Positions 10,214-23,615 of a stretch of 64,000 bases of DNA are shown here, piece after piece (positions within the stretch are counted from its first letter, which is position 1; every line of letters starts with the position of its first letter). The position numbers and the translations under genes were made by a program. Where the stretch lies: assembly GCF_006345805.1 (NCBI RefSeq), contig NC_043000.1, positions 87,730,001 through 87,794,000 of the forward strand, in the 5' to 3' direction. The DNA comes from Octopus sinensis (lineage: Eukaryota). The notes beneath the pieces were generated by a model. It had not been told where the DNA came from and did not search any database. It worked only from the letters and a program-made list of their open reading frames with translations.

Positions 10214-11366
10214 TGAAGAGGCTGACGTTAAGTGGAACAGCAGCATTACCATAGTATTTAGTTTGATTTTTTTTACTTGTATTGAGTTGAGGACATTGAA
10301 GTATTCAAATGCTTATAGACAGATTAATACCAGAAGGATAAAAAATATAATTTAAAAAATCGCGTGGAAAGAGATTATAATGATGAATTTTATAAAAATT
10401 GATCAGTTTATTTTCTTTTTGCTTTAATTTTTATTGCAAAAAGAGTACTTAAAACTATGTGTTGAATTATATTTGTAAAGTTGAACCAGCTTAAATAAAT
10501 AGAATATAAAATGACATTCTGATAATACTTTAAAAAATAAATGATATTTAACTGAACAAGTTCAAATCTTCTAGATTATTCTATATTTGGTATTTGGTCT
10601 TTAAATTCCTTTTTCTCTTTTTTTCTTATTTTCTGATATAGGAAGAGCACATTTGAATTTCATGTTATATTACTTGTAATGTGACAAAGAAGCCAAATGG
10701 TTTTTTTTTTTCAAATATATTTACACTAATATAATGTATTTAGCAAGAAGAAAGTCACCAAACAGAAAATGCAATATTATAGAAAATAGGAAATAAAGGT
10801 CTGTTAAACTTTTCACAATGTTTAGATGGAGTGCTTATAAACACAGTGTGTTTAAATATATACAAAATTACTCAGATAAACAATAAATAAAATGTATAAA
10901 TACAAGTAATTAATACAGGAAAACACAAATGAGCCTTTCTGAGTATTATAGGCTGTGGTAGAAAAATTTTCCATATTTTACACATCAAGATTGGTGAATC
11001 TGAGGTGTTTGCTATGACCTGCAGTTATAAAACATGAATTGTAGTTAACTCTAGTATTCAGATTAATTTAATTAATTTATCTAATATAATGCTTATTTAT
11101 CCACATTTAAAAAAAAAATTAATCATGTAGTACCTTACAGCTTCAAGATTTTGAAGATGTGATTGTTTATTTTTAGAAATACATTGTAGGTTAGGTATGA
11201 GAGGAGGATGGATCTGGCCAGTTTGAACATATAACAGGTAGAATATTTGGTTCAGATATAGTAAGTTTAATGATAAAGGGTTAAGTTATAGTTGAATAAT
11301 CTTACTTGATTTTTTTTTTCAGTAATATTTGAGGTTAATGAGGATTTGAGTAACATTAATTCTTAC

Positions 11367-11447
11367 CTCGTTTGCCTTGATCTAGTAGAAAATCTACTAA
11401 TGCACGAATTATGTATTTGTTGTCCAAATAATGATAATTGGTAGGTA
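11367..11447 (-). CDS. FOCAD: Focadhesin exon (V-PTNYHYLDNKYIIRALVDFLLDQGKR-G)
   Basis: ttttcag| acceptor, G|gtaaga donor, 81 nt, phase 1-1. Matches VPTDYSYLPESSFIGAAIGFFITGGKKG. Confidence 0.92.
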
Positions 11448-11926
11448 CTGAAAAACAAACATTATAGGTATTCAAATATGTCTTAAAATACAGTTTAACT
11501 GAAAAGAAAGGTGAACAAATGTTAGCTATAAACCTGATTTCATGTTATTCACAGGCATGTCTGTGTAGTTAAGAAACTTGCTTCTCAATCATGTTGTCAT
11601 GGGTTCAGTCCACTGCATAGCATCTTAGGCAAGTGTTTTCTAATATTAGACCAAAGCTACATAAACAAGTTTAGTAGATGGAAACTTTAAAAAAAGCCTG
11701 ATGTTCTGGTGATCTGATGAACTAGCTTTCTTCATTTGCATTAATTTATGAATATTCAATTGTACTGTATAATGCTGAGCATATATATTAATGCAAACAT
11801 GTATGCATCATTTCTTGCATGCAGAAATTAATAGGACATGAAGAAGTTTGGAAATTGGCCAGAATCCAACAGAAGTCACTTGGTTAGATAAATAATATAT
11901 ATTTAACTCTCAAACCTCCTGACTTC

Positions 11927-11957
<31 letters not shown>

Positions 11958-12076
11958 AAAGTAAATAAATGGCACAACGTATATGTGCCATTTATTTACT
12001 TTTATGTATAATTTTACCCTCACGGGCTATCCTTTACTGGAAAGCAATACTCTCGTATTGCATTGCTATTTTCATT

Positions 12077-12129
<53 letters not shown>

Positions 12130-12261
12130 GTATATATGTATGTATGTGTGTTACCGTTAAAATATATAATTCAGTTATTTAAATGAAATACCTAGTTATT
12201 CCATGAAATCACTGAATTATATACTCTAATGGTAACACACACACACACACACATATATATG

Positions 12262-12548
12262 TAAGCACAGGTGTGGTTGTGTGGTAAGAAGTTTGCTTCC
12301 CAACCACATGATTCTGAGTTAAGTAGCACAGTGTGTCCTCTTGGGTAGGCATCATCTACTATAGCCTAGGGCTGACTAAAGCCTTGTGAATTGATTTGAC
12401 AGACAGAAACTGAAAAAATACTGTTGTGTGTGTGTGTGTGTGTGTGTGTGCATCTGTCCTCACTATCATCACTACTTGACCACTAGTGCTGGTGTGCTTA
12501 CATCCTTGTAACTTAGCAGCTTGGCAAATGAGAGCGATAGAATAAGGC
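12262..12548 (+). mobile_element. SINE family 1, 3'-truncated
   Basis: tRNA-like head gcacaggtgtggttgtgtggtaagaag, central (TG)n, cttagcagcttggcaaa.gagagcgatagaataag. Confidence 0.75.
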
Positions 12549-12572
12549 AATTAAATATATGACTGAAACAAA

Positions 12573-12609
<37 letters not shown>

Positions 12610-12649
12610 AATATAAAATAAATAAAAAAATAAATGTTTTCTTCTTGAA

Positions 12650-12882
12650 CCATGCCAAGCTGATAAGGGCTGGTTTCCTGGTTTCAGTGGCGTATAGATT
12701 CCCCACCTGGATGGGATGCCAATCTGTCACAGGGTAACTCATTTTTGCCAGCTGAATAGACTGGAGCAACGTGAACTGAAGTGCTTTCCTCAAGAACACA
12801 ATGCATCATCTGGTCTAAGAATTGAAACCACAATCTTATGATCATGAGTCCAATACCCTAAGCAGTAAGCCATGCAACTCCA
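12650..12882 (-). mobile_element. tRNA-SINE family 3 (V-domain-like)
   Basis: Reverse-complement homologue of 19006-19271. Confidence 0.7.
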
Positions 12883-13429
12883 CATACACACACACACGCA
12901 CACGCATAAATACACACTCATTTTAACAGATGCAACATAGACCACCATCAAAATAATATTTCATTCAATCAATGGTATATTATGTTTTCATGGTATTGCA
13001 CCTAATTTTATTTCTGATATTTTCATATTAAAACTTCAAATATTAATTCTTGACAACATAAAACCATTTGCTATCATTAGCAATGGTGACCTCACAATCT
13101 CTCATTATATTCTAAGATATTGGCACTTACTTTCCCATGATCCTGGTAATAATCTACCTCAAATGATTTGATATGGTGTCAGTGCTTTCTTTTATTATAT
13201 TTCAAGCTTTGAGAACACATTTCAGCTAATTTTCAACAGTCTAATTCAATTAATATATTCAATTGCCTCACTAATCACTTGTTATTCAATAAAATTTACA
13301 TGGCTGCAAGTATGTATTATATGAGTCTTTATTCTTGGAATTATAATTGCTAGTTTCTTTGGTGAGTTACTGTCTCTGTCTTTAAGCAGTTCTAGACCTC
13401 AATGGATATTATCAATCTTTATGTATTCA

Positions 13430-13522
13430 TAAATAAATTATATATATACACACACACATATATATTTATACATCATACACACACACAAACATATATGTAT
13501 GTACATATATGTGAATATAATG

Positions 13523-13553
<31 letters not shown>

Positions 13554-13619
13554 TATATATAATATATATGTATATTATATATATGTATATATATATATAT
13601 ATTATGTATATATATATAT

Positions 13620-13655
<36 letters not shown>

Positions 13656-13771
13656 TATGATATATATATATATGCATATATGTATACATATATGTATCAT
13701 ATATGTATATATATAATATATATATATATATAATGTATATATATATACATATATGTATATATATATATATG

Positions 13772-13810
<39 letters not shown>

Positions 13811-13885
13811 TATATGTATACATATAGTATACATATATGTATATTTATATATATATATATATATATATATGCATATATGTATACA

Positions 13886-13927
<42 letters not shown>

Positions 13928-13958
13928 TGTCCATATATGTACACATATATATATATGC

Positions 13959-14010
<52 letters not shown>

Positions 14011-14039
14011 TGTCCATATATGTACACATATATATATGC

Positions 14040-14105
<66 letters not shown>

Positions 14106-14160
14106 GCATATATGTATATATATATATATATATATATGCATGTATATATATATATATATA

Positions 14161-14204
<44 letters not shown>

Positions 14205-14260
14205 GTATATATGTATATATATATATATTATATGTATATATAGACACACACACACACACG
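13430..14260. repeat. Complex (TA)n/(TG)n satellite with higher-order units
   Basis: About 830 nt of nearly pure purine-pyrimidine alternation; the unit ggtgtccatatatgtacacatat recurs at about 13926 and 14009. Confidence 0.95.
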
Positions 14261-15038
14261 ATATATTGTTTGCTACTCATCACCTCAACCACCTACAATG
14301 AAACTATTTAGCATGAGCATATAAAGACACAGACAAATGACAGCTAATTAAGATGATCACATATCACTAATCAACAGAGTAACTCTTAAATCTTCTCATT
14401 AGATAGAGGTAGGCAACTAATTAAATCGTATTTGAATAGTGATTTATTCATTAATGTCATAAGATGCAAAATTGAAAAGAAATGTCAATTTCATTAATGA
14501 ATAACCATTTAAAAATTGCTGCATCAGGGCACAGTCAATAATATTGGTTATTTAAAACACAGAGTGGTCATTATATTCATTTATACTATATGAATTTGTT
14601 TACAAATCTCTTTCATGTTTCACTTACAGCAGTCATTGAACTGTGGCCATGTTGGAGCACCCCTTTGAAGGGTGTCCCCAGTTCTTAAGTCTGGTAGTTA
14701 TTCTATCAGCCTCTTCTGACAAACTAAATCATGGGGATGTAAACAAACTGACTCCAGTTGTTCAGTGAAGTGTGGGAATAAACCCAACACACAAATACAT
14801 ACATACATGGTGAGTTTTTATCAGTTTCCATTGATCAAATCCACTCACAAGGTTTTGGTTGGGCTGGTTCTATAGTAAAAACACTTGCCCAAATTAATAT
14901 GTATTAAGTTTTTACTGGTGCACTTATGATCAGTATCCAATGACTCCAAGGACTATATCATGCTCCAGTGTCAATTTTGGTATGGTCTCTATAGCTGAAT
15001 GCCCTTACTAATGCCAATCACTTTTCAGAATTTACTAT

Positions 15039-15220
15039 AGGCGTAGGAGTGGCTGTGTGGTAAGTAGCTTGCTTGCTAACTACATGATTCCAGGTTCAGT
15101 CCCACTGCGTGGCACCTTGGGCAAGTGTCTTCTGCTATAGCCTCAGGCTGACCTAAGCCTTGTGAGTCGATTTGGTAGATGGAAACTGAAAGAAGCTCGT
15201 CGTATGTATATGTATACTAC

Positions 15221-15251
<31 letters not shown>

Positions 15252-15485
15252 TATATGTGTGTGTGTGTGTGTTTGTGTATGTATGTGTGTCTGTGTTTGT
15301 CCCACTCAACATCGCTTGACAACTGATGGCAGTGTGTTTACGTTCCCGTAACTTAGCAGTTCAGCAAAAGATACCAATAGAATAAGTACTAGGCTTACAA
15401 GGAATAAGTCCTGGAGACGATTTGCTTGACTAAAGGTAGTGCTCCAGCATGGCCGCAATCAAATGACTGAAACAAGTAAAAGAGT
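15039..15485 (+). mobile_element. SINE family 1, full length
   Basis: tRNA-like A/B boxes (ggctgtgtggtaag; ggttcagtccc), central (TA)/(TG) tract, 3' end ggtgctccagcatggccgca.tcaaatgactgaaacaagtaaaagag. Confidence 0.88.
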
Positions 15486-16197
15486 AGGTAATTTTTCTTT
15501 CTTCTTTTTCATGACATTAACATTAGTGAAGTTAGTAGGCAACTTGAAAGACGGCGACCCCCTTTGAATAAAATAGATACAGTAGACGGGAAGACAGTCT
15601 TATGCTAAGAGAGGTTACAGTATGTAAGAAAGATACAGAACAGTACAGGTTCGTTGCTGTAGAGGAAGTATATGGCTACACACATTATAAAAGAGAGGCT
15701 GGGAGAATCACTGGGCGTAGAACTAGAAAGAAAAGAAATAGTGATTATGAAGTGTCAAGCTGAAACCTCAAGATAGAAAGTGAAAGTAAGTGAAAAATGA
15801 ATAAAGAAAAATGTGTAACAAGATATTAATGATGAAACAAATGAAAGATAGAGCCACGAAAGAGAGTTTGTAGGCAGAAGGTACATGTGTAACTTACAAG
15901 AACTAGCCTTTAATTTTGACATAGTGAAATAGAGCGCCAGAGGTCACGCCATGCAAGTTATGCCAGCATGGAAGATGGTTGTTAAAAGGTGCTGGTTGAT
16001 GATGCTTATGATAATGATGACAATAAAGGTTTTCTCATAATCCCACCTGTTTTTTTCTGTCTTCTCTTTCTTTTTTTTAGTTCTGTTTCTCAGATTGTTG
16101 TTGCAAAATAATATATAAAGACTTTTTTCACACGTATACTTTTGGAGTCTATAGATTTTTTTGTTGTCATTTTAAAAATAGCAAGATTAATAGTTAC

Positions 16198-16369
16198 CAC
16201 TTGATTTTACTTCTGATACTGTAGAATTTGCCAAATAGGCATGACCTAACATCCAAGCAGAACAACATTGTATCCCAACTTCTTCCTGACTTTTCAAAAC
16301 AGTTTTCACCAATTGAATTATGGTTGCTGGATTAACAACATTGCTACACAATGAAGGAATGGTTTGTAT
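16198..16369 (-). CDS. FOCAD: Focadhesin exon (IQTIPSLC...EEVGIQCCSAWMLGHAYLANSTVSEVKSS)
   Basis: tctcag| acceptor, G|gtaact donor (an alternative GT lies 3 nt upstream), 172 nt, phase 0 to 1. Matches VIGLQSNAVWLLGHLHLS. Confidence 0.9.
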
Positions 16370-17923
16370 CTGAGATTAAAAAAAAATAAAAAATTGCAAT
16401 TACACATTTAATGAAAATCACATAGAACACACAATAAAAGTAATTTCATATTTTTCAATAGTTTGTCTTTCATGCAATGTCCTAATGAAGAACTGAAACT
16501 TTCTTAAAAAATATTTTGATGCCATTTTTGTAAATTTGATTAAAGTATTTCTATTTCCAAAAGATAAATGCGACAAGTCATTGGGTTGATAATGTACTGT
16601 CTAGCAGGTGGGTCATGGTTCATGTCCAATCCACACTAGCATGATATACCATGCAGTGGGCTCTTAACTTCTTTATGGAGTCATAGGAATGCTGTGAAGA
16701 CATACAGTGCACCTTGGACATTTTATACCTGAAGGAGCCTATCCCTCTCCAGGTCTAACAACTGATTTTTTTTCAGAAAGAAACCAAAAGACAAACACAG
16801 ATTGAGAAAAAGGGAAAACTCAACCCCAGTACAGGATTTATACTTTATCAATTAAAAAAAAAAAAATAAAGGTGATCTGAGTGGGATTTGAACTCAGAGA
16901 ACAGATAATCAAAATGATCATCACAGAACATTCAGTCTGCTACTCTAATGACTCTGCTAACTGGCTGCCAGGCAGTTTCCAACAACTCAGTGTACTCAGC
17001 TGAAAATAATTAATATTGGCTAAATAAAACTCCAATCATTAATTATACATGCAATATTTTTGCACACATTAATTGAAAAATGTCAATTATGCATGCATTA
17101 ATTATACATACATTAATTACACAAGAGACTTATATAGTTACTGTGTGTTGTTGCTGTGTAACTTCACAACAACTGATTGAGCAGAGCCATGATAGGCATT
17201 CCAGCCATGATCATCCCATCTACTTTAGTAAAGTCTATCTAGGACTACATCATCCAATGTACTCTTTCTTTTAAAGATAGTTGGGTGTTATATATCCCAT
17301 AGGTTGAATGAACTACATAGAGGTTTTAAATTGTTTGTTGGCCATGCAAATTTACTCAAATATAATTTTATTGCAGCATGGAGAGACACGGTTTTATAAA
17401 CTTAATCTATTGCCTGGTTTAATACCAGCACCTGGTCCTAGAATACACTTTGCTGAAAGCATTTGGGCCAGGGCCCTATTATGAGAATGACTTCCTCCCA
17501 CTGGTCTCAGAGGCCTTGAAAAATGTAATTGTTGCCATACTTCCTGCTCTAAGTCATGCAAAAACAAAAGGAGTAAAATAAAGATATTTGAGATTATCAT
17601 TACTTCTAAGAAACATGATCCCCAATCATATAAAAAAAAAACAAACTCAGATATAAAAGACTTTATTTCAAAACCTGGCACCACTAATGACTCCTGTTAT
17701 AAATTTGTAAAATATGTAAGGCACATGTATGGCTGCATGGTTGAGAAGTTTGTTGTTTGCTTCTCAGTCACATGGTTTCAGATTCAGTCCTACTGATGGG
17801 CATTTGGGTTAGTGTTTTCTACTATACAATATCTCCAGGTTGGCCAAAGCCTTGCAAATAAATTTGGCAGAGAGAAACTGAAAGAAAACTGCTGTATGTG
17901 TATGTGTGTGGTGTGTGTGTGTA

Positions 17924-18288
17924 TCTATAATATAAAATCCGTTCTGTCTGTTTGTGTGTGTGTCTACTAGGATCTCGGGCATCCTCCATCCGATTGTGCT
18001 CAAATTTGATATATAGATACCGATGGTATCAGGGTGTATATAAGTCTTGAAACAATTACAAAAATCGATTCCAGGAGAGAGTGTGATCGATAAAGCCGTG
18101 GGAACGTGCATTTGTATGCGCAAGTACATCAGTTGAAATCCGTCTTTTGCTGGTGTTTCAAATTTAGGTTAAATCAGTGTTTCTCAAAGGGGAGGCCTAT
18201 GGGACGGTCGGACAAGTTGGTTTGAGAAAATTTGGTTTAAATGTTTGAAAACTCAGCACCGGCCATTGGATAGGGGGTGTTTTGCCCG
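17924..18288 (+). mobile_element. Non-autonomous Helitron-like element (DINE/HINE-like), copy 1
   Basis: A|TCTATAATATAAAA 5' end, (GTCT)/(GT) microsatellite, subterminal hairpin, CCCG|T 3' end; second copy at 46667-47040. Confidence 0.65.
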
Positions 18289-19005
18289 TATATATATATT
18301 ATTTAATAAACATAATATATGTTTTTTATTAAGTAACTAGAAAAAGTTGCTTTGGTGGTATTTTTTTCACCAAATAATTGAACTACTGAGAAGGTTTATG
18401 AGTAGCATGGCAATCTATGTTTCTGATTAACCTAGGAACAGAAAACCAAACTGAAGGTTGGTTATTGTGGAGGTCGTTGCACTTTAATGATTATGGAATA
18501 CATAGGTTTGCAAGCAATGCAAAGCAGAGCTACTGAAGTGTTTTGGGAGTAGATTATGAATATGCATTATCTTGTAGCTTCACGTTTTTGGTAATGTGAT
18601 TGTTTATTTTTAGATTGACATAGCAAGGTACATGTGAAAAGTCAGATCTGGTTGACTAGAAGATAAGACAGAATATTTTGGGTGGATACGGCTGGTTAAA
18701 ATAAGATTCCAAAAGATGTGGCTCTTTTTATATTTACAGACTACACTGATGGTAGATTAAACATCAAGTTTAATGATGAATAAATTAAATGTTTGATCAA
18801 CAGAATCTACATTTCGCATTGACTATATCATATTCTAAGTGGTTGAGTATTCCACAGACATTTGTAACTTTCATATATCTGTCTTCAGCAGAATCTGTGT
18901 AATACTGGAACTTTAAAGATTTGTAGGTGCGTGATACTTCGTTATGCAAACACAATATACTATGAAGTATACTAAATGTTTCCATAAGTCAGTACTATGT
19001 TTTAT

Positions 19006-19271
19006 GTGGAGGTGTGTGGCTTAGTGGTTAGGGTGTCAGCATCATGATCGTAAGATTGTGGTTTCGATTCCTGGACCGGGCGACGCGTTGTGTTCTTGAG
19101 TAAAACACTTCATTTCACGTTGCTCCAGTTCACTCAGCTGGCAAAAATGAGTAATGCTGTGATGGACTGGCGTCCCGTCCAGCTGGGGAACACATATGCC
19201 ATTGAAACTGGGAAACCGGGCCCATGAGCCTGGCTAGGCTTTAAAAGGGCGCATTTATTAATTATTTTTTT
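19006..19271 (+). mobile_element. tRNA-SINE family 3 (V-domain-like) with 9-bp TSD
   Basis: ggcttagtggttaggg A-box, ggtttcgattcc B-box, gctgtgatggactggcgtcccgtccag core; TSD tactatgtt at 18993-19001 and 19272-19280. Confidence 0.85.
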
Positions 19272-20063
19272 TACTATGTTCTACTACATCAGCAGTGCAT
19301 CTTACATTATTTTTGTTATGGTTGTTTCTACAGAGATTCTACAGAAACTATACCCAGCACTGATATTTGCTATAACATTTCATATCAAGACATCAGATGT
19401 AAACAAACAATGAGATTGGAGACAGAAGTGGGTAATGAGTATATATGCCATATTTTTTGGGTTGTTGCCCCTTCAGCACTCATCTAACCTACTCTTGCCT
19501 CTGAACACATTGCATATATAGCTATCTCATACAGTGGTGTTAAGTTATTGGATATACCAATTTACATATTAGACACATTCCTGGAACAGGTATGTAAACC
19601 TTAAAGATTTGTAGGTGCATGGTACTTCATTACACAAATATAATATACTATGAAGTATACTAAATGTTTTTATAAGTTTGTAGCTCATTCTACTGCATTA
19701 GCAGTGCTTCTTACGTTCTAAAAACATTTAGTGTCTGAAGTTATATCGTTTCCACTGCCAACATCAGCATATTAATGTCCTCTGTTTCATGTTAACATGA
19801 GTTAGATGGAATTTGTTGAGGCCAATTTTCTTTATTTCATGTCATTTTTTTTTGTTCCAAACGCCTGCTTAATAATGACAAAATTAACTCAAAAGAGGGC
19901 AGTGTTTCAACAAATGTATAGTAACAAAAACGTTAACTTGTTTCGATACCAAGCTGGCTAATATTGTCCCCAGCTCTATGATAAAAGCTTTGTTTTAAAA
20001 TGATCTAAATTAAAGCCTTCCATCAAAATTTCATGTTAATCTATGTCCCAGATGCCAGTTTAA

Positions 20064-20284
20064 CCCTTTTGTTACCGTATTTATTTTGAGATGCTCTGTG
20101 TTTCTTTCAATTATTTTAAATATAACAAAGAATTTAGTAAAATAACTTAGTTATCATTAAGCCAGTGTTAAGAACATAAATTGTGACTAAGGTTTGGTGC
20201 AAGATTTTAATTCAGAACTCTTGAAAACAAAACATTTGTATTACAGAGCCAGAGGCGGTTTCAGCTGGGTTGGTAACAAAAGGG
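20064..20284. mobile_element. piggyBac-type MITE family B
   Basis: TTAA|cccttttgttac...gtaacaaaaggg|TTAA. Confidence 0.9.
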
Positions 20285-20291
20285 TTAATAA

Positions 20292-20487
20292 TCCTTTCTA
20301 CTCTAGGCACAAGGCCTGAAATTTAGGAAAGGCAACTAGTTGATTACATTGATCCCAGTGTTTCACTGGTACTTAATTCTTGACCCTGAAACCTCAGCAG
20401 AATTTGAACTCAGAAAATAGCGGCAGACGAAATACTGCTAAGAATTTCACCTGGCGTGCTTACGATTCTACCAGCTTACCACCTTAA
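20292..20487 (-). mobile_element. SINE family 2
   Basis: Reverse complement of the family 2 head and core. Confidence 0.75.
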
Positions 20488-20960
20488 ACACCAGTTTGAT
20501 AATGATAAAGTAATTTTACTAGATTTTTCGTTGTTTTCAAAATTAAATGTACAAATAAATAACATTAACTTCAATTGTTAGACTATTTGTTATTTACAAA
20601 TAGGTTATGTTTACATATAAAGATTAAATATGTTTGTTTAATGTATTGCATATAATTTCTGTATGCATATTTATTCACAATAACCACTCTAGCTTTCTAT
20701 TATTTCTATTATTAAATCTTCACTGTCAACCTCATATTTTAATGTAAACTACTTGAAGCCAATAATAGTTTGTTTATGTTTTACATAAGGAGATATATTC
20801 TTTGTAACTTTGGCAGTTGAGAGGTTAGATAAAGAATCTCTGAGGAATCTTTAGGAAGACAGAACTAATTTAGAAGATCTACGTTCTTGGTTATATTTTT
20901 ACAGTAATATTTTTATTAAAAGTACTGTATATGATTTCTGGCTAAACATTCATAAACAAT

Positions 20961-21362
20961 AGGCATAGGAGTGGCTGTGTGGTAAGTAGCTTGCTTACGA
21001 ACTGCATAGTTCTGGGTTCAGTCCCACTGCGTGGCACCTTGAGCAAGTGTTTTCTACTATAGCCTCAGGCCGACTAAAGCCTTGCGAGTGGATTTGGTAG
21101 ACGGAAACTGAAAGAAGCCCGTCGTATATATGTGTATATATATATGTATGTATGTGTGTGTATATGTTTCTGTGTCTGCCCCCCCCCAACATTGCTTGAC
21201 AACCAATGCTGGTGTGTTTACGACCCTGTAACTTAGCGGTTCAGCAAAAGAGACTGATAGAATAAGTACAAAGCTTACAAAGAATAAGTCTTGGGGTTGA
21301 TTTGCTTGACTAAAGGTGGTGCTCCAGTATGGCCACAGTCAAATGACTGAAACAAGTAAATA
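20961..21362 (+). mobile_element. SINE family 1, full length
   Basis: Same structure as 15039-15485. Confidence 0.88.
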
Positions 21363-22323
21363 AAAAATTTAAAAAATAACCAGTGTTGGTACATTTATCT
21401 CATGTATGAATGTGTGTGTATGTATTCATGTAAGTATGTATGTACAAACTGGTACTCCATCTGTTATGACAGTGAGTGTTCCATTTGATCTGGTCAATGG
21501 AACAGCCTACTCATGAAATTAATGTACAAACGGCTGAGCATTCTGCAGATATCCATACACTTAACATAGTTCCTAGGGAGATTCGGTGTGTCACAGAATG
21601 TAACAAGGCTGGTCCTTTTAATTACAGGTATGACTTATTTTTGGCAACATGAAATAAAGTTGTTTTGCTGAAGGAAGCAATGTGCTGCCACAAATCAAAC
21701 TCATGGAACTTATGATCATGAGCTGAATAATCTAATTCATGCACATTCCTGTATACACATACACACATATGTATATGGAGGCATGGCTGTGTTGTTAAGA
21801 AGTTCACTTTTGGATTCAGTTCCACTGCACAGTACCTTGAGCAAATATCATCTGTAAAAGCCTTCAACCAACTAATGTATAGATGGGAGACGAAAAATGT
21901 GTCTGACCTCATAATGAATGAATGACTACACACACACAAACATATGTATGTATATATATACATATATGATGGCTTCTTACAAATCAATCCACCAATGCTA
22001 CTCACAAAGCTTTGGTTGACCCCTGGGCTATAGTATAAGACACTTGTTCAAGTACCATAGAGTGACATACATCCCTTTAACCATGTGGTTGAGAAGCAAA
22101 GTTTATATCCCACAGTGTATGTATTTTGTGTCTTTCCTTACTTCACTACTTGAAAAATTGGAGTTGGTTTGTTTGTGTCCCCATAAATTAGCTGTTTGGC
22201 AATAAGAGACTGCTGAAAAGAAGTTCTGGAATTGATTTGTTCAGTTAAACCGTTCGAGATAGTGTTCCAGCATGGCCACTGACAGTCCAATGACTAATAC
22301 AAGTAAAAACACGCATACACACA

Positions 22324-22373
<50 letters not shown>

Positions 22374-23074
22374 GCATACATAAATGTATGTATGTATGTG
22401 TGTGTGTGTGTGTAATGTAACAGTTTGACTCAGTTACATGCAAAGAACAATAATAAGATCTGATGTCATTTCCGAATCAATAACACAATGATTCAAGTTT
22501 ACCAATAAAAGCTCAACATTTAGAAGCCATTTTGAATTTGTCTTATTTCCTGTCATTTGATCTCCTGTTACTTGTTGTTATAACAGTTTGACTTGTTCCC
22601 AAGTAACTCTCACCAAAACAGTAGAGTATCACTTTCTTTCATTTGTCCACACACTCATATATACATACATACTAGTTTCCGTGATCTGCACAGTTGTTCC
22701 TCCAATGGTCCCTGTCCTACATTGCCGACTTCAACTTCATCATTTAGCATCCACTCTTCCAGGCTTGACAGAATTTCTTGAAACAGATCTACAGTTGGAT
22801 AACCAACTGTTTTCAAGCAAGGTAATGTTTTCTCATGGCCAGACATTTTTTTTTTTTGCAGGAGAGTGGAAACCAAGGATACTGTCTGCATGATGGTGAT
22901 ACTCATTTACAACTGTTATGTGATGTCAAAGCAAGAGAACAGACACACACACATCAACATCATTTTATGCACATTTTTACCTTGCTTTCACAAAAGCATG
23001 CAGTGATAAATTCTCACTTTGAATATTCACACAACTCAGTACTCAGCTTGCTTCTGTTTGTTATAGTCCTCTAA

Positions 23075-23615
23075 GCATGACAGAGGAGTTTACTGTTGAT
23101 AGTCGGTGGAAAGTTCTGTATGCTAATGACCTTGTCCTTATGGCAGAATACGTGAAAGACATGGAGAAGAAATTCCAGTTAGAGAAGCAAAACCTGGAAC
23201 AGAAAGGCCTGAAAGTAACCAAAACTTAACAAAAACTAGAATTATGGTAAATAAACACATTCTGCTGCTATCTCGGGGAAATCGTGGTTTGCAGGTGCAG
23301 AAAAGTAGTTAGACACTCTGTACAGTGTGCCCAATGTAAACAATGGATATATAAGCAGTGTAGTGGGGTCACGCATAGGCCAAGAACAAAGATTACCCAC
23401 ATAAGCAGTTGGTATATAGGGGCATTAAAAATGAAGTGCACTGGGAAAATATATTTTAACTACTCAGAAGGTTCCTTAGAAGTAGTCAATAGTGTTTGCT
23501 ACCAAAATGATATAATTAGTACAGGTGTGCTGAAAGCATAGTAGCTAGAAAAAGAATGGGGAGGGAAAAAGTTCAGGGTGCCACTCCCTCTAGAAATGAA
23601 CTCTCCCTCAGAGAG
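23075..23615 (+). mobile_element. Degenerate RTE fragment with YADD region and PHD remnant
   Basis: ctgtatgctaatgaccttgtc (LYANDLV); CRKVVRHSVQCAQCKQWIYKQCSG; LEVVNSVCY, all homologous to the 2428-3400 region. Confidence 0.75.

Noticed and set aside
13402-14301. Multiple long YIYI-rich ORFs on both strands
   Set aside because: Translation of a stop-free TA microsatellite.
15039-15115. tRNA gene-like A/B boxes (also at other SINE heads)
   Set aside because: These are SINE heads continuing into SINE bodies, with no complete cloverleaf.
17394-17684. GC-richer 96-aa minus-strand ORF with AG/GT sites
   Set aside because: No similarity to FOCAD and the exon chain is complete without it; no recognisable domain.
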